Of a stretch of DNA of 64,000 bases, positions 58,191 to 64,000 are shown piece after piece (position 1 is the stretch's first letter; each line of letters starts with the position of its first letter). The translations under genes were made by a program, and so were the position numbers. Origin of the DNA: an uncultured bacterium (GTDB lineage Bacteria > Patescibacteriota > Minisyncoccia > Phycocordibacterales > CAIJYI01); the NCBI GenBank assembly GCA_903824855.1, contig CAIJYI010000041.1, positions 27,159 to 91,158 on the forward strand. Direction: 5' to 3'. Below the pieces are notes generated by a model. It made no database searches. It was not told where the DNA came from and saw only the letters and a list, made by a program, of their open reading frames with translations.

Positions 58191-58820
58191 ATGTGTGAAG
58201 GAAATTGCAATCACGGACATGACGTTGATGTCGAAGAAATTTTTAACGGAGAAATCGGGGAAAAAATTCCCTCGTTTAAATTGAAGGTGTATCAAAAAGA
58301 AGAATTTAAAGACGTAAATCTTTCTGAATACCGCGGAAAATGGCTTATACTCTTTTTCTATCCTGCCGACTTTACTTTCATCTGCCCGACCGAATTGGAA
58401 GAAATGGCAAATAAATATACCGACTTTGTAAAATTGGGCGCGGAAGTTATTTCCGTGAGTACCGATACTGTTTTTACCCATAAAGCATGGCATGACACTT
58501 CGGAAGCGGTGAAGAAAATCACTTTCCCGATGGCATCCGATATGAGCGGAGAACTCTCCCGAACTTTTGGAACTTACATTTATGAAGGCGAGGATGCGGG
58601 GCTTTCTCTTCGCGGAACTTTCATTATTGATCCGGAAGGAATTCTTCGTTCCATTGAAATCAATGACAACAGCATTGGCCGAAGCGCGAAAGAACTCTTC
58701 CGAAAACTGCAAGCGGCAAAGTTTGTTCACGATCACGGAGGAAAACAAGTTTGCCCTGCGAGTTGGGAACCGGGTGATGAGTCACTTACTCCCGGAATCG
58801 ATTTGGTAGGAAAAATATAA
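58191..58820 (+). CDS. ahpC: 2-Cys peroxiredoxin
   Basis: FYPADFTFICPTE, RGTFIIDPEG, VCPASW. Confidence 0.93.
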   Translation: MCEGNCNHGHDVDVEEIFNGEIGEKIPSFKLKVYQKEEFKDVNLSEYRGKWLILFFYPADFTFICPTELEEMANKYTDFVKLGAEVISVSTDTVFTHKAWHDTSEAVKKITFPMASDMSGELSRTFGTYIYEGEDAGLSLRGTFIIDPEGILRSIEINDNSIGRSAKELFRKLQAAKFVHDHGGKQVCPASWEPGDESLTPGIDLVGKI

Positions 58821-58873
58821 ATTTGAAAACCGCAGACTGGAATGTCTGCGGTTTTTTGTTATAATGAAAAACT

Positions 58874-59488
58874 ATGCAAACAAGTTTATTTGATATGGGT
58901 GGCGTACCGGCGAAAGAAAGTTATCTTTTTTTTGATACCGAAACTACCGGGCTTCCAAATCGATGGGGTGCGCCTGTTGAAGATGTCGAAAATTGGCCTC
59001 GCCTCGTTCAGATCGCGTGGCTTATGTTCGAAGAAAGCGGAAAAAAAACAGGGGAGGGAAATGTGATAATTCGACCTGATGGTTTTATCATTCCGCTCGA
59101 TTCCTCACGCATTCATGGAATCACTACGGAGCGGGCACTCGCAGACGGTATCCCCATTCGGCAAGCGCTGGAGACATTTCGCGATGTGATAAAAGAAACG
59201 AATTACCTTGTCGCACACAATATTGATTTTGATGAAAAAATTATCGGAGCAGAATTTATTCGTGCCGAAATGCAACACGACTTTCAGAAAAAGAAAAAGA
59301 TTTGCACCATGAAAAGTTCCGTTGATTTTTGCGCTATCCCGTCTTCTCGCGGTTTCAAATGGCCTCAGTTGAATGAACTTCACATGAAGCTTTTTGGCGA
59401 ACCATTCAAAGACGCCCACGACGCCTCCGTAGACATCGCCGCGACCGCCAAATGTTTCTGGGAACTAAGAAAAAGGGGAGTAATCTAG
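58874..59488 (+). CDS. DEDDh 3'-5' exonuclease (DnaQ-like)
   Basis: FDTETTGLP, HGIT, AHN..FD, AHDA..D. Confidence 0.9.
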   Translation: MQTSLFDMGGVPAKESYLFFDTETTGLPNRWGAPVEDVENWPRLVQIAWLMFEESGKKTGEGNVIIRPDGFIIPLDSSRIHGITTERALADGIPIRQALETFRDVIKETNYLVAHNIDFDEKIIGAEFIRAEMQHDFQKKKKICTMKSSVDFCAIPSSRGFKWPQLNELHMKLFGEPFKDAHDASVDIAATAKCFWELRKRGVI

Positions 59489-59495
59489 GCATTTC

Positions 59496-59520
59496 CACTT
59501 GGCGGTTTCACCGCCAAGTG
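59496..59520 (-). repeat. REP-like palindrome copy 4 (TTC loop on +)
   Basis: The palindrome extends perfectly over 59491-59525. Confidence 0.95.
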
Positions 59521-59591
59521 GAAATTTCAAGAGGAAAAGTTAAAGAATTATAGAAAAAAGGGAAGTGAAAAATCACTTCCCTTTGTTTTTT

Positions 59592-59786
59592 TTATTGCGC
59601 TGTTAGAAAGAGAGCTATTTTGTCACCCGGATGTATCGGGGTGCCGAGAGTGGCTCGTTTTCCGTTTAATTCGATGGAAGTAAATCTGAGTTTAAAAAGT
59701 TTCATTTTGGAGAATAAATACCCCAGTCTTTTTCCTTCGTCGGCTTCTCCGACTTCGATATAAATAATTGCTTCAGAAAATATCAT
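59592..59786 (-). CDS. Small ThiS/MoaD-like (beta-grasp) or S4-like protein
   Basis: IELNGK......IHPGDKIAL; GAGG RBS upstream. Confidence 0.5.
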   Translation of the reverse strand: MIFSEAIIYIEVGEADEGKRLGYLFSKMKLFKLRFTSIELNGKRATLGTPIHPGDKIALFLTAQ

Positions 59787-59821
59787 CTTTGTGTACCTCG
59801 TGGCATAGTTTGAAAAAATTA

Positions 59822-60007
59822 TTATTTTTTATATAAACTGATTATGTCACCGCCGTTAACGATTTTAAAATCGCGCTTCACTTTTTTTCCGTTAATTTTT
59901 ATCAGATAAAAATCATCAAACGAATATTCAAATTCATGGAGGAGTGAAGCCAGTGTTTCCGGCTCTCGTGATATTCCGAAAGTAATGGTTGACGTTGGTG
60001 TTCTCAT
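59822..60007 (-). CDS. Small ThiS/MoaD-like (beta-grasp) or S4-like protein
   Basis: TL..LL, IKINGK......NGGDIISL. Confidence 0.5.
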   Translation of the reverse strand: MRTPTSTITFGISREPETLASLLHEFEYSFDDFYLIKINGKKVKRDFKIVNGGDIISLYKK

Positions 60008-60101
60008 TTTTAATTCTCGATTGAAAAGAACGAAACCTTTCCCATCATACGCTAACTTTCTTTATTGTCAAACATCGGTTCTTGTGTTACAGTAAGCTCT
60101 C

Positions 60102-61100
60102 ATGGAATTTTCAATGATTAAAGAAATACTGGCTCGTGAGCCGAAATACCGTTTGGTCCAGGTGAACCAAGCGATTTTTTCCGATCTTGCAGAAAGCTGG
60201 GACGAAGTCACCGCACTTCCAAAAAAACTTCGCGAAACTTTGCAGGCGGAATGCCCGCTTGAAATCAATGCCGAACTCTCTTTATCCGATGATAAAGATA
60301 CCGCAAAGGCCCTTATTCGCCTCGCTGATGGAAAATTTATTGAAACAGTCCTTATGCGCCACGAAGACGGTCGCAACACCGTATGCGTGTCATGTATGGT
60401 CGGGTGTCCGATGAAATGTGCTTTCTGCGCGACGGGTGAAATGGGACTTTTGCGAAAATTAACCGCTGATGAAATCATTACACAAGTTTTGTTTTTCTCG
60501 CGCTTTTTAAAGAAAGAAAATGCCCGTGTCGGGAGTGTTGTTTTTATGGGAATGGGTGAACCTTTTTTGAATTACGATAATGTGATGCAGGCGGTAAGAA
60601 TCTTAAATAATCCTGAATGTTTCGGTATCGGAGCGCGTCATATTTCAATTTCCACCTGTGGAATTTTTGACGGCATCAGAAAACTTACTACGGAAGATAT
60701 TGCCGTGAATCTTGCCATCTCGCTTCATGCACCAAACGATGAAGTACGCAGGAAAATTATGCCTGTGGCGGAAGGGTATACGATTGCGGAACTTCTCACC
60801 GTGATTGATGAATATATCGCAAAAACTCGTCGAAAAGTTATGTTTGAATATCTTTTGATTGACGGAGTAAATGATACCGACGAAATGGCTCGAGAACTTG
60901 CTACAATCTTGAAACATAAATTATGCGTAGTGAATCTTATTCAATACAACGACACCGGCGCTTTCGTCGCGTCATCGCATAATCGTATGAATCGTTTCAA
61001 AGAAATTCTTGAAAAAGCAAAAATAGAAGTAACAATGCGCTACCGTTTCGGACGAGACATAAAAGGCGCCTGTGGCCAACTCGCTACCGGCAGAAATTAA
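60102..61100 (+). CDS. rlmN: 23S rRNA m2A2503 methyltransferase (radical SAM)
   Basis: IETV, C...C..C (GCPMKCAFC), MGMGEP, SLHA, GRDI..ACGQL. Confidence 0.93.
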   Translation: MEFSMIKEILAREPKYRLVQVNQAIFSDLAESWDEVTALPKKLRETLQAECPLEINAELSLSDDKDTAKALIRLADGKFIETVLMRHEDGRNTVCVSCMVGCPMKCAFCATGEMGLLRKLTADEIITQVLFFSRFLKKENARVGSVVFMGMGEPFLNYDNVMQAVRILNNPECFGIGARHISISTCGIFDGIRKLTTEDIAVNLAISLHAPNDEVRRKIMPVAEGYTIAELLTVIDEYIAKTRRKVMFEYLLIDGVNDTDEMARELATILKHKLCVVNLIQYNDTGAFVASSHNRMNRFKEILEKAKIEVTMRYRFGRDIKGACGQLATGRN

Positions 61101-61120
61101 TTTGTTTATTTCAAATAATT

Positions 61121-61145
61121 CACTTGGCGGTTTCACCGCCAAGTG
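61121..61145 (-). repeat. REP-like palindrome copy 5 (left flank of the transposase, TTC loop on +)
   Basis: cacttggcggt-ttc-accgccaagtg. Confidence 0.95.
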
Positions 61146-61161
61146 ATATGATTGCTGAACT

Positions 61162-61818
61162 ATGAATAGACAACCAATGGTAACAGGGGAATTTTATCAT
61201 GCATACAATCACGGAGTGGAAGACCGCGACATTATTCTTGATAATTTTGATGCTCTCCGTTTTTTAGAAAGTATGAGAGTGTTTAACTGTGTACAACCCA
61301 TCGGTAGTATATACGAGCAGTCATTTGTTCACGAAAATTTACTTGGCGGTGAAACCGCCAAGTCAAAATTGGTTAACATCGTTGCCTATTGTATTAATCC
61401 GAATCACTTCCATTTATTACTTGAACAGGTGTCAGATAATGGAATAAGCGAATTCATGAAGCGTTTAGGAGGAGGATATACATGGTATTACAACAATAAA
61501 CATAAGAGAAAAGGAAGTCTGTTCCGGGGTGTTTTTCGCTCATCTCATATCTCCACAGACGCATACATAAATCATTTAAGTGCTTATATAAATCTAAATG
61601 ATCACGTTCATCAACTTGGCGGTGAAACCGCCAAGTTGGTTAAGTCGAGTTGGGGAGAGTATATTGGAAAAGTTACTCATCCGATGTGCACAAAAGAAAT
61701 TGTTTTAGGTCAATTCAAAAATAAAAAAGAATATAAAAAATATGCAGAAGATTCTCTCTCCGGAATGCAGGACAGAAAAAAAATAGAAAGAGAAGAAAAA
61801 TATTTAATGATTGATTAA
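61162..61818 (+). CDS. REP-associated tyrosine transposase (Y1_Tnp, IS200-like HUH)
   Basis: YH.YN.G, AYC..PNHFHLL (HUH), FMKR....Y...N.KH.R.G.LF...F, YINLN (catalytic Tyr), SS..EY. Confidence 0.9.
   Translation: MNRQPMVTGEFYHAYNHGVEDRDIILDNFDALRFLESMRVFNCVQPIGSIYEQSFVHENLLGGETAKSKLVNIVAYCINPNHFHLLLEQVSDNGISEFMKRLGGGYTWYYNNKHKRKGSLFRGVFRSSHISTDAYINHLSAYINLNDHVHQLGGETAKLVKSSWGEYIGKVTHPMCTKEIVLGQFKNKKEYKKYAEDSLSGMQDRKKIEREEKYLMID
61341..61363 (+). repeat. REP-like palindrome copy 6, in frame inside the transposase
   Basis: acttggcggt-gaa-accgccaagt, encoding LGGETAK. Confidence 0.95.
61612..61638 (+). repeat. REP-like palindrome copy 7, in frame inside the transposase
   Basis: caacttggcggt-gaa-accgccaagttg, encoding QLGGETAKL. 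Confidence 0.95.
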
Positions 61819-61823
61819 TTTTT

Positions 61824-61848
61824 CACTTGGCGGTGAAACCGCCAAGTG
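61824..61848 (+). repeat. REP-like palindrome copy 8 (right flank of the transposase)
   Basis: The palindrome extends perfectly over 61819-61853. Confidence 0.95.
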
Positions 61849-61931
61849 AAAAAGTATAAAAAATCCCCCGATGTGGGGGATTTATGTTTATGGAATCTCA
61901 ACAAAAGATTGGGTGCCAATGAAGTCTTGGG

Positions 61932-62168
61932 TTATCGTAGCCGATGATTCGGTGGGTGGTAAATACTGCTTCGTTGGTAATCGTTGCAATTTCGTTTTTT
62001 TAAAACGGTGCCGAGAACGATTAATTCGGTAGGGTGCATAACGTTTGTTGATACACGTTCTTTACCGAGAACTAAGGTGATGGCTTTGATTTGAAATCTT
62101 CTCCAACCCTCTTCTTTTCTTAAGAGCGTCATTTTTGTCGTTCTTTGGTTTGTTTTTTCGTTGTACAT
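61932..62168 (-). CDS. Hypothetical small protein
   Basis: GGAG RBS and TTGACT..TATAAT promoter-like sequence upstream on the minus strand; no recognisable motif. Confidence 0.4.
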   Translation of the reverse strand: MYNEKTNQRTTKMTLLRKEEGWRRFQIKAITLVLGKERVSTNVMHPTELIVLGTVLKKRNCNDYQRSSIYHPPNHRLR

Positions 62169-62237
62169 GAGATAACTCCAAAATAAGTGTTATATAATTC
62201 TGTTTTTATTATATCATAAATTAATAAAAAAGTCAAT

Positions 62238-62280
62238 ATAAAAACACCCCTTTGCGAGCTTCGCAAAGGGGTGTTTTTAT
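62238..62280 (-). terminator. Terminator hairpin after the MgtC-family gene
   Basis: ataaaaacacccctttgcga-gct-tcgcaaaggggtgtttttat. Confidence 0.8.
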
Positions 62281-62290
62281 TGAGTATAAT

Positions 62291-63610
62291 TTAGGGGATG
62301 AATAACAACCCCGCAAAACTTGAAATGGCGACGATGGAAATGGCGATGATGAAACGAACGGCAAATTTTTTCGTACCCTGAAGGTAGGAGTAAACCGCTT
62401 TGCTAATTAAGTTCGTTGCGTTTACCAAGAGGAACACGATTAAGGCAAATTTGAGAGTAATAGTCGGTCCGGCCATTTCCGCGAGATTGATAACGATAGC
62501 ATCCATTCCGACAAATGAGGCGATAATGGAACTGATGATAAATCCTGCATTTCCGAACATGATCAAACAGATTTTTGTGAGAAGTTTAACACAGGTGATA
62601 AGTACCGCAAATTTGAGGGCTGATTCAAGAGAGAAAATTTTGAAATCTTTGATACCGCGTTCTTCCACGGTTATTTCCGGCTCGTGTTTTTTGAGGAAAT
62701 AAATGGAAAGTAATCCTGCGGTCGCAATCATTATGAGCAAGCTCGGAATAAGTGAAATGAGCCATTGGCCATTGAGAGGCCCTGCAAGGAGAAATACCTG
62801 CATAAAACTTGCCATGTTGGAGAGAAGTGCTGCTCCGATGAGGTAATTTATTACATGGCTTTTTTGACTGCGAAGAGCGAGTGATTGAGTGGTGGAAGTT
62901 GAAGAAACAAATCCTCCGAGAAAGCTTGCGACGGTAAAACTGCTTTTATTACCGATAAGTCTACCTAACGCATATCCGAAGACGTCGATTCCTGTAATGA
63001 GTACGACAACAAACCACAGTTTTTGGGGATTGATTATCTCAAGATTCATGAATGGTCCGATGGAAAGATTCATATTCTGGATTATCTGAACGACGACGGG
63101 GATACTATTGAGTGAATAGCCGATATTTGGAAGAAAGGGAAGAATGACGAGCGAAATAATCGCGTAATTGATGAACGATTGAATCTCATTTTGCGATACG
63201 CCTTGTACGAGTTGTTTTGACTTCGCTTTAATCGATAAGATCATGACAAGTACGACAAAAATGGCGACGATGAGCTGAAGCGGAACGATATCAAGCATCG
63301 GTAACATTCCGATAATAAACGTGAAAAATGTTGCGACTTCGGTGGTCATTCCGAAATCTCCCGTGCGCACCGAACCTGTGGCATAATAAATCAGAATCAT
63401 CACGAAGAAACAAATCGCGATGGCTAAGGAAAGAATGACAAGGTTGTTAATGTAAAAGATTCCACATATGGCACCGAGAAGAGCGATAAGCGCGTAGGTT
63501 CTCATTCCTCCGGCTGAACCTTCTTGTGGTTGTCCTGTTTCCCTTTCTAATCCGACTGCGGCGCCGAAGAGGATAGAGAGAACGAGTTTAAATGCAAGAA
63601 TTGATATCAT
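62291..63610 (-). CDS. MgtC/SapB family protein with DUF4010 domain
   Basis: G..VGLERE, GG.RT, G.TTE, ILP.LP, GGFVSST..T. Confidence 0.88.
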   Translation of the reverse strand: MISILAFKLVLSILFGAAVGLERETGQPQEGSAGGMRTYALIALLGAICGIFYINNLVILSLAIAICFFVMILIYYATGSVRTGDFGMTTEVATFFTFIIGMLPMLDIVPLQLIVAIFVVLVMILSIKAKSKQLVQGVSQNEIQSFINYAIISLVILPFLPNIGYSLNSIPVVVQIIQNMNLSIGPFMNLEIINPQKLWFVVVLITGIDVFGYALGRLIGNKSSFTVASFLGGFVSSTSTTQSLALRSQKSHVINYLIGAALLSNMASFMQVFLLAGPLNGQWLISLIPSLLIMIATAGLLSIYFLKKHEPEITVEERGIKDFKIFSLESALKFAVLITCVKLLTKICLIMFGNAGFIISSIIASFVGMDAIVINLAEMAGPTITLKFALIVFLLVNATNLISKAVYSYLQGTKKFAVRFIIAISIVAISSFAGLLFIP

Positions 63611-63779
63611 GAATTTTATTTATGAATAAATTAAAATAATTTTAGTCGTTAATTCTATTGTACTATACATATCATTCGCATTCAAATTATTCAAAAATAA
63701 AAAAGCGTATTATTAGTCATTAATAAACTTGCTTGTCAACATTTCGCACTTCTTATTTTTACTCTATAATAGGGAACTT

Positions 63780-64000
63780 ATGACTACAAAAAACTGGGGT
63801 TTTGATATTCGAGATTTAGATACGAGTGTTCGTCCTGCTGATGATTTTTTTCATTACGCGAGCGGAGGCTGGATGAAACGCAATGCATTGCCGGCAACGG
63901 AAGCTATGTGGGGCAGTTTTACCGTGTTGCGACAAGATAATCGAAAGAAATTAAAAGCGATTGTTGAGGAGGTCGCGCAAGATAGAAAAGCGAAGGCGGG
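63780..64000 (+). CDS. M13 family metallopeptidase (PepO-like), runs off the window end
   Basis: Translated by hand: MTTKNWGFDIRDLDTSVRPADDFFHYASGGWMKRNALP...WGSF. Confidence 0.85.
   Translation, partial: MTTKNWGFDIRDLDTSVRPADDFFHYASGGWMKRNALPATEAMWGSFTVLRQDNRKKLKAIVEEVAQDRKAKA

Larger units (their letters stand above)
61121..61848 (+). mobile_element. REP-flanked RAYT-like transposase locus
   Basis: Y1 HUH transposase gene bracketed by oppositely oriented copies of the palindrome. Confidence 0.85.

Noticed and set aside
58116-58748. 210-aa antisense ORF, and the other antisense or nested ORFs in the track
   Set aside because: Shadows of well-supported genes (here ahpC).
61121-61848. Four palindromic repeats as a CRISPR array
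   Set aside because: Spacing is about 210-275 bp, orientation is mixed, the repeats lie in and around a transposase ORF, and there are no cas genes.
1-64000. Alternative genetic code (UGA=Gly) as in Gracilibacteria/Absconditabacteria
   Set aside because: Conserved genes are full length in code 11, and TGA ends ORFs sensibly (for example 4671, 9771).

Overview
This is a low-GC bacterial chromosome segment that reads in the standard code (TGA used as stop). Gene content is typical of Patescibacteria/CPR, most likely Parcubacteria: short AlaRS, Lys-rich RpoD, an FtsA-like plus baseplate-J-like pair, and a short L13. Core genes: ftsI-murF, tRNA-Glu, tsaC-alaS, infA-rpmJ-rpsM-rpsK-rpsD-rpoA-rplQ-rplM-rpsI, dnaG-rpoD, tRNA-Pro, pyk, ahpC, rlmN. 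Accessory content: surface proteins, an ECF-sigma/phosphoesterase island bounded by a 40-bp direct repeat, a xanthine dehydrogenase/guanine deaminase operon, an LtaS-family gene and peptidases. The strongest signal is a Y1/HUH (RAYT-like) transposase at 61162-61818 with a palindrome ACTTGGCGGT-GAA-ACCGCCAAGT found 8 times. Two copies flank the gene in inverted orientation, two lie in frame inside the transposase itself, one lies in frame in ltaS, and three follow the stop codons of unrelated genes. A second dispersed element (TTCATCAAG tandem arrays, always in the sense orientation) and a circularly permuted CxxS DsbA also stand out. All product calls come from motif recognition by eye; no database search was run.
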